Below are positions 1 to 11,504 of a DNA stretch of 64,000 nucleotides, piece by piece (the stretch's first letter is position 1; every line of letters begins with the position of its first letter). Source of the stretch: Gonapodya sp. JEL0774 (Eukaryota); NCBI GenBank assembly GCA_027604505.1, contig JADIIX010000010.1:1-64000 (forward strand), read 5' to 3'. The notes under the pieces were generated by a model. The model was not told the DNA's origin and searched no databases. It saw only the letters and a list, made by a program, of their open reading frames with translations. Made by a program: the position numbers and the translations under genes.

Positions 1-175
1 TGTGTGGTTGGGCGTCAGGAATATTTTCTAAAACCCTCACTTAAGTGAGGTCAATTAGTGCGGGGGGAAAGGGTTAATACAAAAGAAAGTCGAAGCCGCT
101 CCACCCATCTCCGCCTTCCCGAATAACGTGGGAATGATCGCGATTCACAAACTCTCGCATTGGGTCTGCTTGCAG

Positions 176-439
176 GTTTGCTTCGTATCTGATCCGCGTT
201 GGAATCTACGGCAGAAGTAAATCTGATTCATTCGTACTCATCCATGCTGGTTTTCCAGCAGCGGCCGTTCTTTCGTGAATGCTCCTCCTGCCCCACTCCC
301 GCCGTTAGACGTTCCCAGCTTGTCCACCCTCCCTTCACTTCCTGTGGCTATCCCTACTGACGTTTCCGGTGTCGGAACCGTCGTGGGTACGGTCGGGTCA
401 GTCTTTGGCCTGCGTCCGTGGAAGAAGCATGGGGTCTAG
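176..439 (+). CDS. Probable last two exons of a gene that begins before the window (Pro-rich C-terminus), function unknown
   Basis: Acceptor tgcag|GTTTGC at 176, donor AA|gtaaat and acceptor ttccag| give an open spliced frame VCFVSDPRWNLRQNSGRSFVNAPPAPLPPLDVPSL...RPWKKHGV* ending at TAG 437-439. No recognisable domain. Confidence 0.3.
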
Positions 440-1165
440 GACCGGTTGCTGATCCCGCACTGCGAACAGCCGTGCGTGAGGCGAGCGGCGCTCTTGATGG
501 ATTGGGTCTTTGAGGTCGACAGGTGGATTTTTTAGAAGCTGCACGCCTTGCTGACAAGGCTGTGAGAAAGCAGCTCAGTCTCTGGAGGGAGGACGAGCTG
601 AACATTACTGAACAGCGAGGCGGGGCCCCACAAAGCTCTCGACGCTTACGATCTACACTATTGTGCGATAGGAATATACAGTGAATTCATTATTGCGAAA
701 CATTGTTCACATTGTTTTACGTGGGGATATAAATGTAGGTCCAACAATCGGCTCGAGAAACCGAACCATTCATTCTGATAACATAAGGTTAGAACGTGTT
801 AGCTTCGATCGCGAGGGATACGGGCAAGAACAAGCGTTGGAAATTCGAGAAACTGATGGGGAGCAGTTTCCGAAATGCAGGGAAACCTCAAATCCGTAGT
901 ACAGCGTGTAGAGCGAACTGAGAGAGAAAAGGAGACCCCTGAATATAGAATCAGGGCCTGCTTGGTATCTTCGTTTCCCCCCTCTTCTTCCTCTCCTATA
1001 CATTGGTCACCCCACCCCAAACACCAGCCCCGGCAGGTAATTCTTCCTCTGCGGCTACGTATCCCTATTCGCTTGCCTTCTGAAGTCTAAACCTTCCAGT
1101 TCCAGATGAAAAAAGGTCACTAGTCTATCAAGGTAACCAAAATCTCACCCACTGGGTAAGACGGC

Positions 1166-4100
1166 TCAAAACGGGAAACGAAGTTTGTAGTCTGCTAAAG
1201 CCCGTTGCCAAATTGCGAATCAAGACACGTTCACGTACTTAGCAGCCGCTCAGCAGCCATGGGGTTGTACGTCGACCCACTGATGCCGACAGTATTGAAC
1301 CACCTGAAGTAGTGTGTGATTGAAAGACGGAATTAACATAAGGTCAAGTACGGTTAATCAGAAGGACACTATCCAACCCCATCTTGCACAACGCACCTTT
1401 CCATACATTCTCTCATCAATGCATCGTACCATACCAGCTCCACCTCACCCCAGTCAACATCCTCGTCTTCGTCCTCCTCGTCTTCCTCAACACCACCGTC
1501 CGACGATCCCCCTTCACCTTCATCGGAGAGGTTCCCCCCCTCGTTGGCATCATCCGCAAACGACACTGACACCCCCACACTATTGAACCCTCCTGAAGGC
1601 GATGCACCCGCCAAAAACGCAGGTTCGTCCAACACCAGAGATCCTGCCGGATTCCATGCATCGAACAAGTGTGGCGGTAGCGGTTTGAACGGATCTGCGA
1701 CACCAACTACTGGGCCGGGCCCAAGCGCAGATGACTTCCCCCTTAAATCTGTCGGCCCTGCCCCTGATGATGCACCGACTGCAGCTGCTCTTCCTCGCGC
1801 CCACCACCCTCCGGACTTATTTGAAGCCCTGGACCTCGTACTGGCGGTAGAACCACGATCGTCCCCTTTCGCCCTCCTGCGTATGACCCTCCACCCAACC
1901 AACACGTTGACCAATTCCCACATTCGCGTCCCCCAGTTTTCCGTAGCTGGGTCAATCACCCCATTATTGACAATGAGGTGCAGTACTAGCGCGGTAAGAT
2001 CGGGGAGGTAGGAGGGGGTAAGAGGGTTGGGCGAGGCAAAGAAGGGATGGTTGGAGAGGAACTCAGTAATGTAGGAGAGTGTCTGGGAGGTGCGGGTTTG
2101 AATGTAATCTGAAGCACCACCGGGAGGCAAATAAACGAGGTGACAGTGGATGAGATACATGTGTGGATGGGTCATTGACGAGGTGTGCAAATCAACAAAT
2201 TCCAGCAACGCATCACAACCAACCTTCAACGCCACCAAATGACCCTTTTATATACGTCTCCAATTCATCCACGTTGCCACCAAAGTACTCTGCCCACACC
2301 TTAGCTGAGCGCTCTTCAAACCTCTTTCCAGGATCATCAATCACATTATTCACATGCTCAAGCAAGTAAGCTTGTACAGCTTCGTCAGAATCGTAGTCCA
2401 CAGAGCGGACGTGGAGACGGCGATCGAAGACGCGGACTACACGGGAGTTCGAAATGCTTCAGTTCCTCAAACGCCAACAGCACCCAAATTTTCCATCACT
2501 ACTCACGGCTCCTCAATCCCTCCACCACCCCTGCATCCACGCTTTGCTGCCCGTCCTGGCCACCGTGTTGCGCACCCCCATTCCCAGTCGTACCAATAAC
2601 CAACTCACACCAGCCCCTTCGCTCTACTCCAGCTAGCCACTCGAACACTTCTCCAATATTGTCCCATACACCATCGCGAGTATCCACCCTCCGCGACTTG
2701 CCGCTTCCGCCTCGCCGTTCAAACAACAGATCCGCACCGTCCAGTACAATCAAAGGCGGTCTGGCATGTTGGGACGCCAAAACCGCTAACGCAAGGGTCA
2801 CATGTTGAATCCATGCAGGGTCGGCTGACGCTGGACTGGGTACAGGAACCGGTGGTGGCGGGGGTGGGCCGACAGGCGAAGGTGTGCGAGATTTAAGTGA
2901 ATGGGTGGCAGTGGATTGAATATGCGGGTTATTGAGCGAAGTTGGCGGTTGCGGTGAGGAGGTGACGAGGGTAACGGGCAGTACAGGCGCGCCAAGGGTA
3001 ACAGTGTCGGCCTCATCTTCTTCGCAATCTTCGTCCTGCTCTTGCTCCTGCTCTTTTTCCTGCTGCTGTTCCCCCGCTTCAGTCACACTATTCGTATGAG
3101 CGGTTCCCTCGGGATCACTCCAACCCAAAAAGCCTTCTTCTAAATCTAATGCAAAACCCTTCAAACCTTTCGCACCAGCTATAGTCATGCCCGTCATTGC
3201 ACTCATTTTCGGAGTCGCACCACCCATAGACGGTGGCGGGCTGGCGGCAAAGCCTTTCTCAAAATCTTCCGGGTGGGAAATGAATGAGTAACCAGAAGAT
3301 GACATCGGCGTGATAGATGCTGACTCAGGTCCTCCCGCAGGCGTGAATGGGTCCCTATCCGGTCGCGGTGTGGGGGTTCGTAACCCATCATCGATGGCAG
3401 TCACCCAGGGTATTTCAGGTTCTTGGGAACGGAAACCCTCTGCATCCGAGTCCGGTAACCATTCTGTAGACATTGCCATATCCTCGTACACGCTTTTTCG
3501 GACCAAAGATGATGCGACGTTGCGTGCCGGGCTCCCAGCAATGGGTAACGGAAAGCGCGCAGGAGAGGTTTGAGCGTGGGGCGTCGGAGGTTCAGACGAG
3601 GACTCGTAGTCATTACGGTGACCATTATTGTTCATGTCCTGGCGCCGTGGAGTTGTGGATCCTCGCCGTGTGTGGAGTCCACGATTCCTCTGATCCCCCC
3701 GAATCTGCCCTCCTCCAGCTCCTCCGTGTTCCCTCCTCCACTTCGCGTAATGCTCCTGCTCTGGATCTATCCAGCCAAGTGCTTGAGATATGAGTGTTTG
3801 AAAATTCCCTGGCTCGTGCGATGGTAACTGGGCGAGTCCAGAACGGGTGTAGGGATCAATTGACAGATACGTGGGGACCAAGGGTGAGTCAGGGTTTTGG
3901 TCCTCATCTGATGATGTCGTTGAGTGGGTAGAGTCAAAGAGGGAGGATGAGGGAGGAGGGAGGAGGAGTATGTGGAGAGGGATGTAAATGGCCGGACGTG
4001 TACTGGATTCCTCCGCCGTCCAAGAGTGAAGTGCAAGGTCCAGGCAAACACCTGGCGGTCCTTGAAGTACCAGAGGATGGTAAAGGTGTTTGTTGCGTCG

Positions 4101-5431
4101 TGCGACGAATGCGACGTGAACGAGTTGGGAATCGAACAAGGGTAGCGAGGAAGCACGGAAGTGGGAAGGTAGGAGAGCAGCCGAGCGCGAAGAGTTAGCG
4201 AGGATTCGAGACAGTACAGAAGAGGTGAGTGGGAGGAGGCGGGGGGGGCGTGGACGGGAGGGGTCAGAGGATGTGCTAGACGCCGACGAGCTGGAAGAAG
4301 ATGAGGAAGCGGATGAAGACCGCCGCCGGGACGATCGGGCGCCTGACCCATAGGGAAACGTGAAAGGATGGCGGTACGGTGACGACGCAGAGTTTCTGCG
4401 CAATGAGGATTGAGAGGACGGTGGGGAAAGGTGGCTTGGGTCGACGATGGAGACGCGGAGGTCGGATGGGCGATTGGAGGTTCCTGGCACACAAATTGGG
4501 GTAATAGTGGGGTGAGCTGAGGATTGAAGCCACCATACTCAACGTTCCAACCGAGCAGGACAACCCTGCAAGACCCGAACCACCGAAGCAAACCTCAACC
4601 CAGTGACAAATGCTCATAACCAGCTCTTCCTCGGAATCGTGACCTCTCGGGCAGCAAAAAGGTCCAACCAAGACCGAGTATATAGGAGACCCCGGCTACT
4701 ATTGATCTCATCTGCCAGAAGAGAGCCGTCCCTATTGGCGATGACAATGGTCCTCAGGAGAAGACTCCCAAAATATCCACTACTGAATTCCTCACGAACC
4801 GCATATCTGAATGAGTCAACACGGCCTGATCACTCAAACACATCGTTATTCAAAATTCCGAAGTTCGCCAAACACCACTCGGTCGCACCCGCTTGGTGTC
4901 AGACGGATGCAATCTGCATCCATGCCCTCGCTGGGGTGTCACTACACCACCCACGCTAAGCTCTGGGTAAATTCGACTGAATGTTGCCTAGTATCTGTTT
5001 GTCGGATTCATGCTCTGGTCCTCTTGACAGGAGTTCCCGGAGCTGGTTGTGAACTCACCTTCCACTCCCGCGACTGCCCGACCGTGAATATGATCGTTCC
5101 TATGCCTATGCTTTTTCCGTGATGATGAGGTACTCCGTGAGGGGTAAACGTAGTAATACGCCCCCACCGCTGCAACAACAGAGAGCGAGAGCGCGAGTCC
5201 ACTGGCGAGGAGGAGGAGAAACGGACGACGCGAAATATATGAGGATGAAGGGGAGTCAGGCCACGAGGAGGAGGACGTGGCAGGAGATTGGAGGGAAGCG
5301 GGGTTTGGTGGAGGTATAGAAGGAGTTACGGACGAGGAAGTGGACGCGTTGGCTGGAGAGGATGTGACTGACGATACCGCATCCGCTAATGAGCGAGACC
5401 AAGAAAGGAGGGAGGGAGAGGTGTCAGACAT
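1166..5431 (-). CDS. N-terminally membrane-anchored degenerate P-loop (AAA-like) ATPase, Yme2/RNA12-like domain architecture
   Basis: Exon 1 (5431-5059) has a hydrophobic segment FLLLLASGLALSLSVVAAVGAYYYVY and donor G|gtgagt, splicing in phase to GTSNRPSD of ORF 2499-4490. Walker A-like PLVLQGPPGVCLD, Walker B-like PLIVLDGADLL, then RVFDRRLHVRSVDYDSDEAVQAYL and YFGGNVDEL. The 3' end is approximate. Confidence 0.65.
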
Positions 5432-6642
5432 GGTGTGACTAGGTTGAGAGTTTTGCTCGTCACAGGTCTCAGGGGAGACGCGAACGCTAGAGTTTGAGAT
5501 GAGGGCTGGGAGAGAGAAAATAGGGCGTCGGTATCAGAATACGCATCATCATATGTCAGACTCCAATATTAAAAGAGCTTCGGTAAGCTTGGTGAGATAT
5601 ACAAGTGACCGCATTTTGGAGTTTGGTCGAACTCCTAACGAATTCCTAATGGCAAGGGTCTCGCCCGATCTTAGACTTGGAGACGTCGTGCCTCCTGCAC
5701 TAAAATGGATGAAAAGTCCGACAAAGAGACCACTCATGGACTGGGGTGGTCACAGATCCGGCGTTCGATGTCAAAACAAAACATGATCACAGATCCGGCA
5801 AAGAGCAAAGCCAGGGTGTAAGAATGAAGTTCAAGGCAGGCACGGGCGCCCATGGGATGGGAATGTAAAGATGCAATGCACCAAACAGCATATCCGGATG
5901 CAAGACCTAGGTTCCAGACAATGTTGTATCCGCCATCAATCCGTTCCAACTCACGTTCAAGTCCGTTTTTACTTTCACTTCCGGGAGTTTCCAATCCCAC
6001 CTTTGCTCCCCTGCTGCCTTGGCCCCGATCTCGATGTCCACCTCCCCTTCTACTCAAACTCCAAATGGAAATGCTTCGGAGCCGTCAGCCTTTCTTCCTC
6101 GCGCGACCAATTTCGTATCCTCGCCCACGACTATCTTCCTGGTTCTCGATGGCCGGCTCGTGTATAGTAGTAGTGTTTGGCCCTGAGAAAGTCTTACCCC
6201 GAAAACCAAGGCCTGTGCGCACAATATGTATCTCGCAAATTTCAAATTCATACTATTACGATATAACTCCAACGCTGGTTTGATTTCCTTGAGGTCGAAG
6301 CGCGCCGCACTGTTTTCGGCAGTCATTAAACACCGCGACAAACAAAATCATACACTAAATCCGAACGACGCTGCACTGAAGAATTAAGGTGGTCTGAAAG
6401 AAGTGTAGAGAGAAAGGTACGGCGGGATACGCATGACTCAAACGCTTGGGTGGGTAACTGGTGATCGACGAGAAGCATCGGCCGAACAAACATATGTAAT
6501 GTGTGCTAATACACTCCAATCAGAACGACACATATGATACACTATTTCCTGTGAGACACAACTACCCCCATCCAACATCCTGTTCCCGCGCGCCCCTCCA
6601 CTCCTACTTAGAGACTCCGTCCAGACCATTCGCAGCTGTAAA

Positions 6643-9263
6643 CTAGGTCCCGAGTACTAGCGCTTCCTCCTCTCGACTTGAGGGCAGTACCTTCCCCGTC
6701 CTCGGCACATCTTCCACTCCTCCAATCTGGGTAGCCTTGTAACAAATACCAGGAGCAGTATGTGCGATGAGCGATTCACAACGCCGAAAGTCCCAACAGC
6801 TTTCAACTCGCCTCAGGATATTGTCTCTTTACCGCGACCCACCGCGCCTTCTGATACTCCACTCCTAGTCTCCTCCAATCCAGCAGATCGCTCAGCCGCT
6901 CTGTTCTGTTCCTCTGGTTTATCCGCTGCCTGCGATTCTTCGTAACAAAATCCCACAGTGCGTTCACAAGCTGTGTGGAACTTTCCTCTGGAGATTTGAT
7001 ACGTCTGTCGACAATGTAGATACCGTAGTCCCGAGGGTTGGACACGGATTCATCCATGAAGCAACCGAAGCCTGAGAGGTTCGTGGTAATGCTGGGGACC
7101 CCCATCACCGTGCATTCCGCTGGAGTGTAGCCCCTGGTGGATGGAAAGTGACAGTGTAGAGGGGTGGTGAGACTGGCGCTTGGCAACTCTTTGGAAATCA
7201 CAAAACTCTCACCATGGTTCGTAGTAGCTGGGAAACACCCCCAAATGGCATCCTCTTACAAAATCATCGTAGTCCATTCCAAACAAAGGGTTATTTGCAT
7301 TCAAATATTCCGGATGGAAGACCACCTTCACTCTATCCCCTGGCGCATTGGTAAGTCCGACACGCTTGAGTTGGTTCAAAATAGGATCCGTGCCATCATC
7401 AGACATGTTGTGCGTGACCAAGGGCGGATTAGTGTCTCGACGGAGGGCGTATACACGGCGTTTGAGGAGGACGAGGTCATCGGAGTCGAGGAGGTCGTCT
7501 GGTGTTGGGAGGCGGCCTCTGGATTTTCGGTTTGAGAAGGAGCAAGCACAGATATAGCAAACGAATGCCACGCTTTCCACACCGCTCTCTTGCCTCACCT
7601 TGCAGCAACTTCCAACAACCTTTCCGTAATCTGCCTCTCAATCTGCTCCGCTGTTTGCGTGAGTTGTTTCATGACGGCCTGACCCTTGAGGGATTCCACT
7701 GTGTATCCCAGCGTCGCGGCGGGCATCACGATGAAAGCGACAACGGTAGTTGTTGAACCGCTCAATTGCATGCGCTTGTTCAGGCCTGTGGGAAATGAGT
7801 CTTGTGATATAAAGACCGCCACGAAGAGCAAGTTGTTTGCTTACGAGCCAAGCCATCAATGAACATGTCGATTCCCTTGTTCCTGTATTCGTACCTTCCT
7901 GCCGTAAACAGGTACAATGTCCTGTCGAGGTCAAAGTCGAAGTGACCATAAAAATGGCCCCGGACAAATTCGTGAATGCGCTCTTTGTGGATTGCATGGA
8001 GATTTTGAAACTCATGGAGAGCGGAAAATTTGACAACGTTGAGGCCATTGGGGAGGACTCCGTCTGAACTGACAAGTAGTACTTCCGGAGGTGCTAGGGA
8101 GGACTTCAACACAGACAAACTTGTCACGCACCAGGTTTACGTTTGCAAAGCCATTCCGCTTCGTAAGCCGTAATATGGCTGACGGCTGTAAACACATCAG
8201 ACGATTCCACAGCAGCCCGCTCGACCGTGTACCTATGGTAGATTCCTCGCTTACTTGCTTCAGCACTGACATCAAACGATTTCAAGTTGTTGTAAAAGTC
8301 GACATCACCGGCACACAAGTATCGTCCCAGTAAGGTGTTATGAACAGTGAAGACGGTAGCGATGGGGACAGATTTGGCTTTCAGGAGAGGAAGCGCGACA
8401 CCGGCCATCCATTCGTGGAAGTGCGCAATGAGGAGAGGCGTTTGCCGAGAAGGGTCCTTGGCACCAGGCATCGGAACTCGTTGAAAAGAGGAGTAGATAG
8501 AAGGTGTACCGGAGTGACCTGTTGTGGGGGAAAGCACCAAGTCGGACGCAGGGGAGGGGTTTGAAGCTCTAAGGCGCGTGGCGAACTCCTCAAAGAACCA
8601 GCTGACAAGATAGCCAAAAGCAATTGCCTCATTTGTATCGTAGTCATCGGCGGGGAATGAGACAGAGAGGTGCGATTCGAGGTCGGTTTTCCACTCCGCA
8701 GTACGGTTATGTGCAGAAGCGACGTCGAATAGAATGACTGCAGGGCCTCCTTCAACGAGCCAACGCCCGTAGGTGATACGGACACCTACATTTGTGTGGA
8801 GTGGAGGGTGACAGACATTTCTTGGTGTTCCGCAAATCATTGTGGAACCTTACCTTTGTCCCTCATTGCCATGAGCGTATCCCTCAGAGGTGCACTGGGT
8901 GGGTTCTCAATCGTTTCAACCTCAATGGGTCCAGTTTTCGGAGAGTAGGGGCCAATAAGGCAGTATCTGTCACCATACTCTTCCACGGTAAAGGGAACTT
9001 TCGACTTCAACACGGTGTAGATGGTGCCGACTGTCCGATTCGCGATTGATTGAGAGACAAACCCATAAGAAATTGCATTGTCACGATGAATGAATTCGTT
9101 TAAGCCCGTGGCGAAGAAATTTGGAATGCGAGCGTGGGATGAGAATGATGTGTCAGAGTCACGAGAAGAGCTCCAGTCCAAGCTCACCCTTATTCGCCAC
9201 CTCCCAGGCAACTTCAAACAGAAGTGGACGAGAGAAATCTGAGAGTTCGCTTTGATGGAGCAT
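6643..9263 (-). CDS. GSY: Glycogen synthase (GT3 family), multi-exon
   Basis: Start [25 protein letters not shown] at 9263. Motifs [64 protein letters not shown] and [20 protein letters not shown]. The final exon is inferred via a GC-AG intron; the alternative stop is at 6803. Confidence 0.96.
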
Positions 9264-9659
9264 CGTGCGAGTTGTCGGAACAGATCCACTTTTGTGAAGC
9301 GCGGAGGAGGAATGAGTTGGCTAGGAAAATTTCGCCGGAACGCTTTGAACCTGATCACAGCTCAGAGAGGCTCAGTGTGACAACCGATTTACTCACATGC
9401 AATTGAGAGAGCTATTACTGTAATACAAAGAGAACTGCGTGAATGGACGCCCCGATGACGTAATGCATATCCAAACTTTCAGCGCTTCTCCGATGAAAGA
9501 GCGCGCCTCTACCTCTTTCGAAAATTGTCCATATAATATTAATGTAAATCGGAAGAGGGCAAAGGTATCGAACTCGTCTTCTGAGTGGGTTCGCAGTTTT
9601 GTATGTTTGCTTCGCCTGTGTGGCGCACTCTCCCCACCAACCTTCCCGATCTCCTCCAC

Positions 9660-11346
9660 ATGTCCGAACGGCGAATCGCTCTCGTCACAGGCGCAAACGC
9701 GTGCGTTTCTCCACTCATCACACCATCTACTGAACTGCGCTCACTGGGCCTTGAATCTTCGCTCCCCGCTCTTCTTGATCGACACATGTGGGAACTGGCA
9801 CAGCGGGGTAGGGTTTGGAATCACTCAACGCCTGCTTGAACACAACAAAAATGTGTCCCCCCTTACCATCATCAGTCAGTGGTGTAGCGCTCGCTCGTTT
9901 GTCTTTTTCCAACGGATGTCGATCTGCACTCATCGTCTTCTACTTATTCTTCAGTGGCGTGCCGGTCCCGATCTCGTGCTGAAACCGCACGCAAGGAGCT
10001 GTTAGAGATTGTTTACAAGGATGAGATGGAGCGGAAGATGGCGGATGTGGATCCTGACTTATTGCAAGTCCTGGTCGTAGACTTCAGTTTGTGCGCAAGC
10101 GTTTTGGCTGCTGTCGAAGAGACCAAAGAGAAGTGAGTGTTGGGAGGTCTCACACAATTTTTGTGCATTGTTAGGGGTGACGGCAGGGTTACACCGTTCA
10201 CAAACTTTGTCACCTGTAAGATTCTCCAAACTCGACTTCCTCTTCCTAAACGCTGGCATCTATCCCATCGACGGCATCAACCTCCGAAACGCTATATATG
10301 ATATTTTTTTCCAACCCACGTACCTGTTCACGTGCGGTGGGGACGTGCTGCCTCAACCCATAGGCACAAAAACTGCCGAGGGCTTGGGTTTGGTATTCAT
10401 GGCGAATGTTTTCGGACAGTACTTGTTTGCGAGAGAGTGTAAAGGGTTGCTGGAGAAGGGCGAAAGTGAATGGGAGAAAGGATTGGGCGGGGACAAGAAG
10501 ATCAATGGACACTCAAACGGTATGGCCAATGGCCATGCCAACGGCACCGCCCATGGCCGTGCCAACGGGACTACATATGGTCATGCCAGTGAAGGGAATG
10601 GTCACTCCACAGCTACTTTATCACACACCACCGGCGGACGCATCATTTGGACCGGTTCTTCATCCGCTTTCCCAGAGTTCTTCTCCCTCTCCGATCCATT
10701 ACTTCTTTCCACCAAAAAAGCATACGAAGGGTCTAAGCGCCTGGATGATCTTGTTTCGCTTGCTTGGAATCGGAACGAGGAGCGACGGGCGGCCCGGGCG
10801 AAGGAGGACGGACAAGTGGTCAAAGTTGTGAAGTCGTTCGTCGCCAATCCAGGGACGCCGATCAGTGGGCTGGTGTTTACGCAAATTCATTGGATCCTGA
10901 CACAATTCATCATATACCCACTGTTTTGGGTGGTGAGTGATCTGGCAGAGCAGTAAATCTGTTTCGTGTTTACCATTTGAGTACTTGGGAAACCTGACCT
11001 CAACCTGCTGTTGCACCTGAAGTTCAACCGACTGGCGTTGTTTTCCGTCCACGCGAGCCCGTACACATCCGCTGTAGCACTCAACTACCTCTTTCTGACT
11101 CCCAGCTCCCAGCTCGACACTCGGCTCAAGTATCATTCACTTGCATCATTTCTGGGTCTTGGGTCAGGCCGCACGAGCAATCTTGGGGAGATGGTTGATC
11201 GGACAGTGGACGGCAGGAGCGAGGCGGATGTCGTGATGGAGATCGTAGAGGAAATGGCGGTGAAAGTTTTGAGTAGGTGGAAGGAGCGGGATGCGAGCGG
11301 GCTGGGGGACCTGAGTGATATTTGGGAGGATCCCAAGTCGAAATAA
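9660..11346 (+). CDS. ERG27: 3-keto-sterol reductase (short-chain dehydrogenase, ERG27/HSD17B7 family)
   Basis: MSERRIALVTGANA/GVGFGITQRLL Rossmann start, MACRSRSRAE, LFLNAGI, VFMANVFGQY, GRIIWTGSS, catalytic YEGSKR, and KYHSLASFLG near the C-terminus. Confidence 0.88.
10504..10587 (+). repeat. Degenerate 12-bp coding tandem repeat, 7 units (NGHS NGMA NGHA NGTA HGRA NGTT YGHA)
   Basis: AATGGACACTCA AACGGTATGGCC AATGGCCATGCC AACGGCACCGCC CATGGCCGTGCC AACGGGACTACA TATGGTCATGCC. Confidence 0.75.
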
Positions 11347-11504
11347 ATTTGTAGAAGTGAAAAGGGTTGTTGGTTGTGGTTGTTGCTGCTCTGCTTGCAT
11401 ATGTGCTGGAGTCCCAATATTGTTTAGGCATTTGTACACGCGTTGGGCAGCAGCACAGTACCACCGCTGAGGTGTGAAGGGACTCCGCTTCATCTCCGAC
11501 CAAA

